Source: an uncultured virus (IMG/VR IMGVR_UViG_3300013382_000010)
Taxonomy: Duplodnaviria; Heunggongvirae; Uroviricota; Caudoviricetes
Virus record (IMG/VR): IMGVR_UViG_3300013382_000010
Direction: 5' to 3' (one strand)
Length of the DNA stretch: 64,000 nucleotides
Below, piece after piece: positions 1 through 12,814 of the stretch (the stretch's first letter is position 1; every line of letters starts with the position of its first letter). Position numbers and translations under genes: made by a program. Under the pieces are notes generated by a model. The model ran no database searches. It had not been told where the DNA came from and saw only the letters and a list, made by a program, of their open reading frames with translations.

Positions 1-82
1 TGGTACATTCATGTATTCTATGAAAGCTAACGGTTATGTGTCTGTAAATCCTGAGGGATATGATACATATAACTTTATGGGT
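1..82 (+). CDS. Major capsid protein, exon A (5' partial, continues from upstream of the window)
   Basis: Frame 2 reads GTFMYSMKANGYVSVNPEGYDTYNFMG and splices in frame to 1295, giving ...YNFMG|NQLSFVLDRALTEEFGDKGY..., which resembles the C-terminal region of Crassvirales major capsid proteins. Confidence 0.85.
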
Positions 83-1294
83 AAACAAAATTGCTCCTCA
101 GTTTGGAAACAAGCTGCGTAAAAATTTATTTAAGTGCTGGAACTTCCTTAGAGACTATTAAACTACAATATAACAAACGTTATATGAATGTTTAAAAATT
201 AATAGTATTGGATAATCAGCAGCCAAGATTCTATTTTTTAAAGTAGAATACGGTTCAACGACTAGTAAGTCCTAGTTTATTTAGGCATAGATAATAACAT
301 ATTTATTATCGAAATAATAAACATCTTATGGAAAGTGAGTTACGGTATATTGTATACATCACGATAAATCTATGTAATGGAAAATTCTACATAGGAGTGC
401 ATAGAACAAATCCAAAAGTATTTGATGGATATATAGGATGTGGCACTTATAATAATCATCCTACTAATGATACAGCATTTTGTAATGCAGTTAAAAAATA
501 TGGCTATTCTAATTTCAGAAGAACTACTATTAAAGTATTTCCAGATTCTGAAGAAGGTAAAGAATAGGCATACGCTTTAGAAAAGATTTTGGTAAATGAA
601 ACTTTGATTAGAAGTAAGTATGTGTATAATGAATGTTTAGGAGGAGTTTGTAACAGAACTCCTGATTCTTATAGAAAAGTATATATGTTTGATTTAAAAG
701 GCAACTATCTTAGAAGTTTTAAATGTTGCTAGGATGCTGCAATATATTTAAATGTATCAGATATATATTCTGCTACTAAAGCAATTCGGAATTGCTGTTT
801 AGGGACTAGCAAATCCAGTTTTGATTATTATTGGAGCTATACTAAAAAATTCGATTATAAAGGAACTAAGAATCTTACTCCAATAGCACAATACACATAT
901 TCTGGAAAATTTCTAAAGCATTTTGATTCTATTACTGAAGCTGAAAACGAGTTACATTGTTGTACAATACACTAGGCAGCTACAAAACATATGTTAGCAG
1001 CCGGTTACTAGTGGAGATACTTTACTGGAGATACTAGAGATATACCTCCATTAATATCTAACTCTATTAAAAATAAAGTAGTTCCAGTAATTATGTATGA
1101 TAAGTAGGGAAATGTGCTTGGAGAATATCCGTCTATTAACGAGTGTGTTAATAGTAATCCGCAATATAATTTTACTAATTCTCAAATACAAAGAGTTTGT
1201 AAACATATTATTAAATCACATAAAGGATTTGTATTTAAATATAAAGATGAAGATATAGTCTTATCTGATTAGAAATAATCAGCTAAAATAAATG
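83..1294 (+). mobile_element. Group I intron 1 in the major capsid gene
   Basis: Exon ends in U82 and intron ends in G1294. P1: exon GGGU pairs with intron GCUC; the adjacent AAUU can pair with the 3' exon AAUU (P10). Core elements: P AAGTGCTGGAA (~132), Q AATCAGCAGCC (~214), R GTTCAACGACTA (~253), S AGATATAGTC (1251-1260). Removal restores the frame. Confidence 0.9.
328..1278 (+). CDS. Intron-encoded GIY-YIG homing endonuclease with NUMOD1-like repeats (316 aa, TAG read through)
   Basis: YIVYITINLCNGKFYIGVH and FDGYIGCG; repeated VYMFDLKGNYL / IAQYTYSGKFL / VIMYDKQGNVL segments. Open to TAA 1276-1278 when TAG is read through. Confidence 0.9.
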
Positions 1295-1524
1295 AATTAG
1301 CTTTCTTTTGTGCTTGATAGAGCACTTACAGAGGAGTTTGGTGATAAGGGTTACGGTATCATCGTAGACCTTTCTTCAGATTCCGCTTCAGGTACTCCTG
1401 CTGTTGGTATGTTTACTGTCGATAACAAGCAGTTCATGCAGAACACCATTAACGGTGTAGGCGGCAGCAAGAGTGGCGATGTAGCTACTCGTGTAGCAGG
1501 TAGCGTAAAGGTTATCATGGGAAT
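1295..1524 (+). CDS. Major capsid protein, exon B
   Basis: N(TAG)LSFVLDRALTEEFGDKGYGIIVDLSSDSASGTPAVGMFTV...GVGG...VAGSVKVIMG. Less AT-rich than the flanking introns. Confidence 0.88.
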
Positions 1525-2819
1525 AAACTAATCTGCATTGTTCCCTTAAAATTCTTTTAAATGCTGGAAAACTAAATGATAAATTTAACAATCAGCAGCC
1601 AATATTTAAAACAAAGCCTTAAGGATTGTTTTTTATAAGGTTCAACGACTAGGTGGTAATACCGTAAGTAATATTTAATAATATTAACTGAAATGGAGAA
1701 TGACTTAAAATATATCGTTTACTGTACAGTAAATTAGGTGAACGATAAAATTTATATCGGAGTGCATAAGACTGATATAACAAAGTTTGATGGTTATATT
1801 GGATGTGGGGTTTATATAAATAGACCTGCAACTTATGAACGTAGTAAAACAGTATTTTAGTTAGCTGTAAAAAAATATGGTGTAAAAAGTTTCAAAAGAT
1901 ATACTATAGCAACATTTGATAATGAGGATGAAGCATATTTAATGGAATAGTCTATAGTTAATAAAGATTTTCTAAAACGTACAGATGTTTATAATACTGC
2001 ATTAGGAGGCTCTAATGGAGCATATCTTCTCACTTGTAGAAAAGTTTATCAATATACAATTAATGGTACTTTTCTCAGAGAATATTCTTCAGTTAAAGAA
2101 GCTGCAATATCAGTAAATAGACATAGTACTAGTATTGAAAGAGCTATAGAATTTAAATCTAAATGTTCAAATTATTTCTGGACAGATATTAAATATGACA
2201 AGTTAGATTTATCTAAAATGAAACAATATGTTGGACAACATACAATTCCAGTATATCAATATTCATCCACTGGAGAATACGAATGTTGTTACGAGTCTAT
2301 TGAAAAATGTGCAGAAGCATTAAATATAAATTCTTCAAATATAAGTACAGCTATTAAATTAGCTTCTAAATATAATAACAAATATTTCAGTACTGTATTT
2401 AAAGAGACTTTTATAAAAGCTAACAATAAGAGAATACAAACAACAGAAATTCATCAATATGATTTAGATGGTAATTATATTGCTTCTTATTCAGGACAAC
2501 CTGAAGCTAAAAAGAAATTAAATATTAAATCTGATATTTATAAAGCAATACGATTACATAGAACTGCAGGAAATTTCTAGTGGTCTTTTGAAAAATTACC
2601 TCAGATAGCTCCCTATAAAGCTAAAACTGGTAGGAAAAGAAGAGTAGGCAAATATACAAAAGACTGGAAACTGATTAAAGAATATGAATCTAAATCAGAA
2701 GCTATGTTAGAAAATGGTAGAGGACTAGCTCATGTATTAGACGGACGTGATGAGTTTCATAAAGGTTTTCGATATAAATTCTTAAGTTAATGATATAGTC
2801 TGTTGAGTAATTAACTCAG
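1525..2819 (+). mobile_element. Group I intron 2 in the major capsid gene
   Basis: P1: exon GGGAAU pairs with intron GUUCCC (U.G at the splice site); CUGC can pair with 3' exon GCAG (P10). Core: ATGCTGGAAA (1561), AATCAGCAGCC (~1590), GTTCAACGACTA (~1640), TGATATAGTC (2791-2800); terminal G2819. Splicing gives ATG GGA AT|A GCA GGT (MGIAG). Confidence 0.9.
1693..2790 (+). CDS. Intron-encoded GIY-YIG homing endonuclease with NUMOD1-like repeats (365 aa, TAG read through)
   Basis: MENDLKYIVYCTVN(TAG)VNDKIYIGVHK and FDGYIGCG; repeats VYQYTINGTFL, VYQYSSTGEY, IHQYDLDGNYI. Ends at TAA 2788-2790. Confidence 0.9.
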
Positions 2820-2874
2820 AGCAGGTGTAGCTGTATTTAATCCTTATCGTAGTTATATTCTGCGTTAGGCTTAA
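2820..2874 (+). CDS. Major capsid protein, final exon
   Basis: AGVAVFNPYRSYILR(TAG)A then TAA. AVFNPYRS resembles the C-terminus of crAss-like capsid proteins; followed by a terminator hairpin. Confidence 0.88.
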
Positions 2875-2884
2875 GTAAGATAAT

Positions 2885-2936
2885 AATAAGTAAGTGGATA
2901 GTAGTATAGCTATCTGCTTACTTATTTATGTTTTTT
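2885..2936 (+). terminator. Rho-independent terminator after the capsid gene
   Basis: AATAAGTAAGTGGATAG ... CTATCTGCTTACTTATT stem followed by a T-rich tract. Confidence 0.8.
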
Positions 2937-2955
2937 CAATATGAATTAATGATTT

Positions 2956-3795
2956 ATGGCTTAGACAATTTTATTAAGAAGTGTTTGGGGTAAAGTGGGA
3001 ATGATATACACTATCAACCCATGCCCAGATAAAATAACAGGTAGATTCTGTAAATGGGTAAAGCCTGTAGATTCTAAGGGAGATATGATTCTTACAGATA
3101 AGGACAGAAATAGTGAGGACTATCCATACTTTATTCCTGAAAATAAGGAGTTCAAAGTATCTGATGGTACTACTTTTGATCTGTCCGACCCATTTCAGCT
3201 TGCTGAATGGGAATCAATTAAGAATGCTCCTATAATTGCATCTAGTAGATATGAGAAAGATGCAAACGGTAATTATAAGATTGATGGCAATATTAAAGAT
3301 ACAAGCAGTCATCCTAGAAATGGTGTTGCTGAATTGTATGTAGATATTCCTGGTGTAGAAACAGCTGCTAGAGTTAGTAAGCAGAAACTTGTCTTCGAAG
3401 CTAGTAAGTTGATATTTGACGATCCTAAGGGAGCTGAGGGTAGACTTCGTATTACTCGTATTCTTGGTAAACACATGAAGAATGCTCCAGAATCAGATGT
3501 TACAGAATATCTGCTTGATTTGGCTAAACGTAATCCAAATAAGATTATTTCTCTTTACAATTCTAATGATTCTCAACTTAGACTTCTGTTTATTGATGCT
3601 AAGGAAAATAGAGTAATCATTTCTAAGAATGGTATATTTATGTATGGAGACACTCTTCTAGGAGCTACTGATGATGCTGTAATTACTTGGATGAAAGATC
3701 CAAAGAACAACAAGTTGCTTCAACTTATGATGGAAGAAACCTATCCGGATATGTATCCTACAGAATCTAAAGATACTACTGCTAAAAAGAAATAA
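2956..3795 (+). CDS. Conserved crAss-like protein downstream of the capsid gene (279 aa)
   Basis: ATG GCT TAG ACA ATT... is in frame with supplied ORF 2995-3795; the only TAG is codon 3. Function inferred from position only. Confidence 0.75.
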
Positions 3796-3805
3796 TTTAT
3801 AAACT

Positions 3806-4924
3806 ATGACAGCAAAACAAGTATTTGAAGCTGTTTTAATGGAGCTTAATAAACAAAATGCTCCAAGCATTGATCTGGAAACTTTTAATTATTTCTTTAA
3901 TAAAGCTATTAACTAGTTTATAAATAAACAGTTTAATGTTGGTGTAGATACTGACCAACAACGTACTGACGATATAAGAGTATTGAAGACTTCTGCTATC
4001 TTAAAACCCGTAAAAACACCTGCAGATTTATCTAAGGTAATAACAAAGCTGTTGGGTAAAACTGATGGTGATAACGGAACTAAGGGAGATGCAGAAGTAG
4101 TCAGCTCTGACTCTGTATATGGAGCTACTTATGAATTTAACTTACCTGCAGATTATTTACATTTACTGAATTGTATCTGTATCTATCAGGTAAAGAAAAG
4201 AATAAATTGTCCGTATAATGTAGGAGATATTGTAAGGAAGGGAGCTATTAAATGTAATGCCGATACTTGGCCGCTTATTATAGACAATCTCTATATGAGA
4301 CCTACTTATAAGAGACCTTATTATTACATTAATAATTTAAATACTTCACCTAAAAATCCTACTAATCCTTTTAAAGAGGATAGTAATTCTGGCTCATCAA
4401 TACAATATAGTGGAACTGATGTCGCTACTTCTCAATATGTAGAAACAGGTCCTAGTTATGGTGATGGCAAGAATGAGATAAGTGGAACAACTTATAAGAA
4501 TACATAGGATGCTTCTGCAGCAGCGTCAGGCAATCCTTTAAATAGAAAATACAAGATTTCTATTGATAACGCAGATAGTGATGATGATACTGTAGTAAAA
4601 ACTGCAGGTCATCGTTACGGCAATTCTTCAAATGTACGTTTGGAGATCAGATATGGCCAAGATTCCTCAGTATTTAATTTGATTGGTATAAGTATCGACT
4701 ACATTAAAGCACCTCAATTCATAAGACTGACTTAGGAATAGCTTGATTTAAATGAAGATACTTCACAAGTAATAGAATTTCCAGATTATATATGCCAAGA
4801 GATAATAAACGAGCTGACTAAAATAGTCATGGAGAACGCTAGTGATCCTAGACTGCAAACTAATCCTGCTATAAGCTAGTCTATTGCTGCTCCAGCTCAA
4901 GCATAGACATCAACTAAAAAATAA
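3806..4924 (+). CDS. Putative head-tail ring/adaptor protein (372 aa)
   Basis: MTAKQVFEAVLMELNKQNAPSIDLETFNYFFNKAIN...LPADYLHLLNC...RPYYY...EFPDYICQEIINELTKIVMENASDPRLQT, resembling crAss ring proteins. Joined across TAGs; ends at TAA. Confidence 0.75.
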
Positions 4925-4931
4925 TTAAATT

Positions 4932-6143
4932 ATGTCAACATTTAATTTTGAAACTACTACTATTATTAATAGTATTACCGCTCCTGGATTTGCAGGTAAA
5001 ACTGCACATAGTGGGGCTACTACTATTAAAGATCATCCAAGATTCTGGGTCGATGCAGAAGATACTTTTAACCCTGTATTGAGAATTGCCAGAGGTGGCA
5101 GATTTGCAAGACAGAATATTAGTTCTATAGTAAAGAGAGCTTGGGAAGATCCTGAGTATTTCCAAGTAACTTTTGATATGACTAAGGCTACAGCTAAGCT
5201 CTCTGACCAAGTTACTAGTCTTCTTGGTAGACTTGTAATTAAGGTAGAATTGCAAGGCTCTAATGATGTTATCTATTCAGATGCATATAGCCGTCACATC
5301 AAGCCTTTCTATATTGAGTTCCCTGTAAGTGCTTCAGATAAAGGCAAAGAATCAGATCTTGCTAAGAAAGTTGCTAGAATTGCTAACAAGTACGGCAATC
5401 TCGTCTACGGTGACTTGCAGCTGAATGTCAACACTGACGGCACTAAAGTAGTTGTTACTGGTACTGATGAATATCAGAGAGTTGTAGAAGCCTCTTTGGA
5501 GATCTACAATGAGGCTCATCAGACATTTGATTGCTGCGCTGCTTTCGGTGACTACGAATATGATTCAGATGGTGTACTTGTAAATCAGGGTAAGCCGGGT
5601 GTTGGTACTTATCGTCAGTTGGTCAAGGATCTTGTTCTTCCTACTGAAGCTCATAGAGAGTGGGCTAATCCATTTGAGGATGAAGCTCCTATTCTTGGCG
5701 GCCACTACAATGAGTATACTATTACTCTTTGTGTTGAGAGACCAGGTCTTGGAGGCTTGAGTGCTGTCGGTCAGCAGGTTGTTTCTACTACTATGCACAC
5801 TTTCTTCGTACTTGATGATGGTAGCACCGATGCCAAAGTAAATCCTTCTCTTGCTTTCGAGGCTTTATTAGTACAACTTTCTAATGGTATTGAAGGTATG
5901 GCTACCACTGCAGACAAAGATTATGATGATGTTGCTGTAGACAAGGATAAACTCGAAGATTCTTATAACGATTCAGCTGCTATTAAGAATGTATAGACTG
6001 AAGCACAGGGTAAGAATCTTACAGATTCAGAGTCTATTGTAACTCCTAAGGGCCTTAAGAATGGTAAGAGACAACCAGCTTCTGCTACTACTGGCGGTTC
6101 AACCGGTGGCAGTGGTTCAGATTCTGGCACAACCTAGCCTTAA
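4932..6143 (+). CDS. Putative auxiliary capsid / structural protein (403 aa)
   Basis: MSTFNFETTTIINS N-terminus; codon usage like the capsid exon; extends past TAG 5994 to TAA 6141-6143, then a terminator. Confidence 0.7.
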
Positions 6144-6164
6144 TATTTTTTATAATATCTAATT

Positions 6165-6213
6165 AATAGGTGTTAGCTAACTAATGAATAGTTAGTTAGC
6201 ACCTATTTTTTTT
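6165..6213 (+). terminator. Rho-independent terminator
   Basis: AATAGGTGTTAGCTAACTA ... TAGTTAGTTAGCACCTATT stem followed by a T tract. Confidence 0.85.
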
Positions 6214-6226
6214 AAGTGTAGTTTTT

Positions 6227-6919
6227 ATGGGAATGATAAATAGATTGGCTTCTGCTGTTTACAATGATATTGTAGGAGGATTGCGTGGTTATCATGAAAA
6301 CCATTCTATAAGTCTTGAACAGCTTGAAGACGACATTATATAGACAAGAATTTCTGTAATAAAGGAATATGCTTTAAAAGGTATATTGCCTATTAAAGAT
6401 TTATTAGAAGCAATAAATTGTATTCCAGTAGATTGTGAAGATTTGGATAGATGTCACTGTAATTCTGAATATGTAGGTAAACCTTAGATGCATTTCTGTA
6501 TACCACAACTAATGATGGATTGCTTTGGTTCAGATACAATAGATTACATAGGTTCTACAGATAGATAGAATCCTTTTATTGTATACCAATCTATGACTAC
6601 TACTTAGATATATTCTAAGTATAGAAGAAGAGCTAAGAATAAACCTTTTGTATATCTAGACACAACTCCAAATGATTAGGGATGGTTAGATGGTTATATA
6701 TTTAATGCTCCATATTTAAAAGAAATTTCTGTAGTTGCAGTATTTAAAGATCCTAGAGACCTAGAAAACTTTAAATGCTGTCCTGATGATGTATCTAGTA
6801 AAAGATTTAGTTTTATTGATGAAGAGGTAAGAAAGCGAGTAACTACTTAGTATGTACAATATTACAGATAGTTAGCTATGCCTATTATACCTAATAAACA
6901 AGAATATTCTGCAAGCTAA
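6227..6919 (+). CDS. Putative tail ring protein (230 aa; absent from the supplied ORF track)
   Basis: MGMINRLASAVYNDIVGGLRGYHENHSISLEQLEDDII...IDYIGSTD...ISVVAVFKDPRDL. Open only with TAG read-through; TAATG overlap with the next gene. Confidence 0.75.
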
Positions 6920-7617
6920 TGGAATTATTTGATTTTCACTATGCACAAGTTCTAGCCAATTAGTATTATAATGTAGATATGGAACCTGAAGATTTTGAAG
7001 AATTAGGTTTAATCGCATTTGAGAGAATTGGAAATAAGAGAACTAAATTACATAGAAGCTGTTTAACAGTATCTAAAGATAATACTGCAGAATTGCCAGA
7101 AAACTGTGATAATATTAAAGCTATAACATATAATTTTGAAGATGCCAGATTCGTATCACCTATCTATGATTATGGAGATATAGATTCTATCGTTACTGAG
7201 AATTATATTGAATATGGTAAACAATTAACCAGTCCAGATTATATATCTGGAAGGTATGTTAAGTACACACAAAGTGGTAATACTTTATATTTAAAAGATA
7301 ATTGTACAGGATAGACTTTAAATATCTTGTATGAAGAGAATATATTAGATGATAGTGGATTGCCTAAGATTACTTCAGAAGAAGCCTTAGCTATTGCTAC
7401 CTACGTAGCCAGTGTTCAGCTTTTTAAGAAAGGATTAGCGACTAATAATTCAGGGCTCGTACAGATGTCTCAAGTCTTAGATTAGAAAGCTGCTAGATAT
7501 ATTGATTAGGCAAGAATACCTGAAAGTATATCTGATAATGAAATGAATGAAATTTTGGACGCCAAAACAAGTTCTGATAGGAAGTTGTATGGTAAGTCTT
7601 ACAAACCAATAAAATGA
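6919..7617 (+). CDS. Putative tail ring/tubular protein (232 aa)
   Basis: MELFDFHYAQVLANQYYNVDMEPEDFEELGLIAFERIGNK...GLPKITSEEALAIATY...YGKSYKPIK; TAATG and ATGA overlaps at its ends. Confidence 0.72.
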
Positions 7618-8843
7618 TGGATGATTATGATTTGTTATCTTTTGGACAGATAAAAAAACTTGTACGAAGAGAGATAGGTTAGGAACGATTTAAAATAGAA
7701 CCAAAGCGGTAGAAGAAGATAAAGATTGTTTAGAGGAAACCTGTCGAATAGGAATTTGTAGACTTTATGTAGCAGACAGATAAGAAGTTTGCTTTTAATT
7801 CTAAAGAGTTATTCTATGGATATAAGAAACCGGTAACTAAATAGGATTTACAATCTTTAGGTTATTATATAAAAGGGGTTGAGAAAGAAGAATGTCTTGG
7901 AGAAGTATTTGCAGAATTTGTAATATTTCTTATTAAAGAAGTTATAGTAAATAATCTTACTTTGGCTGTCCCTGCTATAGGAGCTTATTGTACTTTACAC
8001 ACAAAACCTATAGAAGGAGAAGATTTTAAAAAATACAGACAGTAGGGTAAGTTTTTGGACATAAACTTCTTAGTATCTGATTTTAAAGCATATAAAATAG
8101 TTTTAACCAGATACCGCAGCAGAGATTCATCTATATTTTTTGACACTGATATAGCTTTAGACCCGGGACTTTAGAAAGAATTGTCAGAACAGATCAATAG
8201 TGGTAAACAATACTATGATTCTATTCCGAAGAAATTTGACGATTATATTTCTGAGTTTTGGTACTTATATCCAAAAGCAAGTTTGAAGTTTCTAAAATCA
8301 TTTATACGCTTTGGGTGGGTACAAATTTTTCATCATGCCAAAAGATTTAGAGATGTTTTTATATAGACAAAAAACCATTATATTTATATAGGAAATATTG
8401 AAACTCTTTCAGGATTTAAACCTGAAACATATTATCGTAGGCTAATGCGTAAGAAACTTGAAAAATTATTTATAACTAAGAATATTAAATGGGATGGATA
8501 TTACTATTTTTGCATTTCTCAATAGGAATATAAATATTATTTCAAGCCTACAGAAAATATGAAGAAGCTGAGAAGATATAATTCCTGCAGAGCTAATACA
8601 ACTAAATATTTCTTTTTTGATAACCCTAAAGTTCTATTTAAACATCCAGATATGGCCTATGCATTTTATAAATATAGATATATGGTTAGAGCAAAAGCTC
8701 CTCAAGACTTTGGTAATCATAGATATATAAGACCATATCTGCCTATATAGAATGTTGAAAATTATGAGTTTGTAGGGGCTAAAACATTGAAAAATCTTAT
8801 GGAACACAAATATAAAATATTATGTCTAAGAAAGCAACGGTAA
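7614..8843 (+). CDS. Basic, Lys/Tyr-rich conserved protein, possibly IHF-like DNA-binding (409 aa)
   Basis: One frame joins supplied ORFs 8181 and 8559 across TAGs; ATGA start overlap. The function is inferred from gene position in crAss-like genomes and is weak. Confidence 0.55.
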
Positions 8844-11800
8844 ATGGTTTTACTGGCGGATTATCTATAGATTTGAATCCGCTTACTAATACTAAAGAAG
8901 TATTATCTGATGCAGTAAATGCTACTTTAGTTACGGGTAATGGAGATGAAATGATATTGTAGAATGATATGGGTAATATTCCTTTAGGCTCAATTCCTGA
9001 AGGATATGTTCCTGTAGGGTGTAAGGAGTATGGTGGAATTGCTTATATTGCTTTATATAATCCTAAAACTAAGAAATGTTAGTTAGGTACCTATCCTTCA
9101 CCTGAAAGTTATACTGAGAAAAATAATTCTAATGGGTCATTTAAACAAAACCCTTTTGATATATTGTCAGGAACCCCTATAGTACCTATAGATAATATAA
9201 ATTATTCTAGCGATATTTATATAACTAAAAATTGTATAGATAATATTACTTATGGTAGTAATGTAGAGATAACTATTAATAATTTCGTAGATTATGTTAA
9301 TATGTCTTCTGGAGACATGAAGATGTGGGATTATAAATGGTAGAAAATACTTTCTAACTCTCAGAAAGAAGATGTTTCTGAGAAGTCGGCTACTATAAAT
9401 GGAAATAATTGTACATTTGTATTAAATAATAGAGGAAATACAGGATAGCTAATTCTACATTTACACAAAAGACATATAAATAAAATACTTAATACTGTTA
9501 ATTTTATACGTTAGTCTGATGTATCTAAATTAAAGAATTTGACAGACGAAGAAACTTAGGTTTTCAAAAATATTCCTAAAAATGGTGGAGTATTTATATT
9601 TAATTCTACTTATTATTGGGACTGTCCTGACGGTATTGGAAGTAATTGTGGGGCAATATCTAATGTAATTAATGGAATTAAATATGTTATATCTACAAAT
9701 TCTGGAGATACAGAAGTTTATTATGATCATACTACTTCTAAGGATAGGGAAAAGGATGGAGATACAGGTTATTGGAAGCGTTCTGTTCAAACATATTGTT
9801 ATATAAAGTCATTTTAGCCTTCAGAGATATTTAATATAAAAATATATCCTAGGACTTACAATAGAGATTAGACTGAATTGGAAGATTCTATCAGTATAGC
9901 TGCAAATGCTTGTGATAATCCTGATATTTATTTGAATACTTGGAATTATAAAGTATATAACAATCAATTAGTTCTTACTTGGGGATTCTATGACATCAGT
10001 CTCTATAAGTAGGGTATTAGTAATATAGTAATGAAGTTTTATGATATATATACTAATACAATAGACCATGTAAAAACTATAGAAAAGCGATCTACATACA
10101 ATGGTTCTTTCGTTAATTCTGTAACAGGATTGTAGCCGAATACAATATACTTTGTGATAATTTCTTTTACAGCACAAAACTCTTAGTATGAAGAATATAG
10201 GTGGGTAAATACTTCTTCTCTATATAATTCATGCACTTTAAAAGATTTTGGAGATATTTCTATTGTTCCTTACAATCTTATAAATATTCCTTTAGATTTA
10301 TCCGAAACTTCTGATAGTTTTTAGACTGTGGATTCTTAGAAGACGGGTACTTTATTATCTTCAAATACTCAAACTAAAGCCTTTAGCATGGTTGTAAATA
10401 ATACTATAAGTAATTATTACAATATGAAAGGCATTACTGAAAATAATAATAATAATAACATATTTACTATAAATCCGGAGAACTTAGAAGAAGCTGCTTT
10501 ATATACTTTCTCAAAATCTAAGGTAAGTAGTTCTCAAACTTCTTTTGAACCTAAAGTTATAGGAAATTAGGATACTTCTTTTGTAAAAGAAAATCAAGCA
10601 ATATTTAAAGAAGGCTCTCTTAATGCAATATGTACATCTGCAAAAACTGATGCAACGTTAAAAAAGCTGGGTTATACAGATACTTATTTAAAAGTTAGTT
10701 TTTAGTGTAGCCAGGCTGCGTCTGCATCAAGTAAACTTTATACAGGAGCAATTACCTTTAATAAATATTTTAGACCATTTGTATTAGACCCACTGGAAGT
10801 TTCTAAGAATCTTAGAGAAAAGTTAAAATCTAATTATTACGCTTTTGGATATGAAATAGATTCCGACTACCTACCAAAATATTACTACATGACTTAGGTA
10901 GCCTGTAAAAATGATGATGAAGGGGGATTACCTTCTGATAACTTATGGTATAGACAATATGTTGTTGATAGGACTAATATAGATACTGGGTATTATATTA
11001 ATTCCAATGGTAATAAAGATTTCAAACTATACGATAACAATGGAACTTTAATGGATGATAACTACTAGGATACTTATGTTGAATTAGACGATTCTGCAGC
11101 TACTCATACAGATGTTGGTGCTATTTATAATTATTTGACAGAAGAAACTATTACAGGTGCTACCTCAGACATAGGGACCTCACAAGTTATTAATAATTTT
11201 GTACAAGGATATGGGAGCAGCTTGAATAATTCCATATATGGTGAATTGGCGGATAATGATTTTGATAATAATAAAAACAATTGGTGGAATGGTTCTTATA
11301 CTCCTATCGTGTTAGGAAATAAATATGGTCATAATACAAAAGCTAGGGCTAACTTAACAATAGGTAGAAATGCAGATAACTCTTTCAAAGATACTGTTGA
11401 TTAGTTTACTATATTACAGACTATAATGTCCAACAATACTAAAGCTGCCAATAAATTTATCCCTACATTCTGCTTCTGGGGGAGTGCATATTTAACTGAC
11501 TTTGTTCAAAAAGATACTAAGGGAAATTATTCATTAAGGTCTTAGAGAACTCATGATTATCAACATAATGGAGTAGATGTTCCTGGATATGAAGGTAATT
11601 CTAATACCGATTCCGGTATAGCTATTACTTATATGCCGGAAGAGAAGGGGGGACATAAATATTTCTTTGGTTCCTGCTTTAAGAGCTTATTTCCATTCTG
11701 GTTAGATTCTCAAGGAGTATACAGCAGTTTAAATTATGGGCAATCTATACAGATAGATTCAGATTGGCAGAATCCAGATTAGATGAGAGCTAAGGATATA

Positions 11801-12814
11801 TCTCCAATTATCAAAACTTTACTAAGCACCTTTAAGAATTATTATGTGTATACTAAGTCTACATATACAGTTGATAATGCAAATATAACTATAGCAGATA
11901 CATAGAATATATGTTATAGTGATAATATAAACAATACTCTCACAATTTCAGATTTTGCATTAAATATCCCATAGAGTATATTACAGATAGGAGATGTAAA
12001 TTATGATTCTTAGGTAACTTCTATTTTAAATACTCGTTGTGATGAATCTAAAATATATAATATAGATAAATCTGTTAATTCTACTAAAGCAGTTCTAACT
12101 TCTACTGCACAATATTCTGTAAGACTGATATAGCAAAAAGTAGATTATCAATATTCTATAAATCCTTTACAAGAAATACTTTCCAGCATAAATGATGTAT
12201 CTAATATATCCTATCCTGTATTGTTAGAACCTATAAGTTCTCCAAATACTGATACCAATATAAATGGAAATATTAAAGCCAAGGAAACTGATACGGCTAA
12301 TAAGGATAAGTATCTTTATAAAAAGAATGCTTGTAGAATTATTACAGATATATATAGAAATGATGAAGAGAGTATGTTAGATGTTAATAGTTACTATACT
12401 TTATCTGGAGATACTCCTCAAGAGCATCCTTTTGATCTTTATGATGTACTATTACCTATAAGAATAAATATTGATTCTTCTACAGAATATAGCACCCTAA
12501 TTCTTAATAATGGAAATAATACTAATAAAAATTATTGGGTAGTGCCGAATAATGTTACAGGTGAAGCTGAAGGGGCAAATGTATCTTCTTTAAGATCGCT
12601 ACCTAAAACTAATACTTATAAAAGTTCTGGAGCTTTATGTGCACCAACTCAAATGGCATATAAACATAATAGGACTGATTCTGCATACTGTACTGCTACT
12701 TATTGTAATATTCCTATAAATGTGGGAATTTATGCAAAATTCTTTAATTATGATGTAAATAAGGCAATGCCTAATGCTACAGCATAGTATCAGATTTCTA
12801 GTTACAGACCATGA
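8822..12814 (+). CDS. Large tail protein with a stabilisation/muzzle-like N-terminus (~1330 aa)
   Basis: MSKKATVNGFTGGLSIDLNPLTN...NATLVTGNGDEMILQNDMGN...GYVPVGCKEYGGIAYI...GTYPSP. Supplied fragments 10388, 11135 and 12221 share the frame; ends at TGA overlapping the next ATG. Confidence 0.72.
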
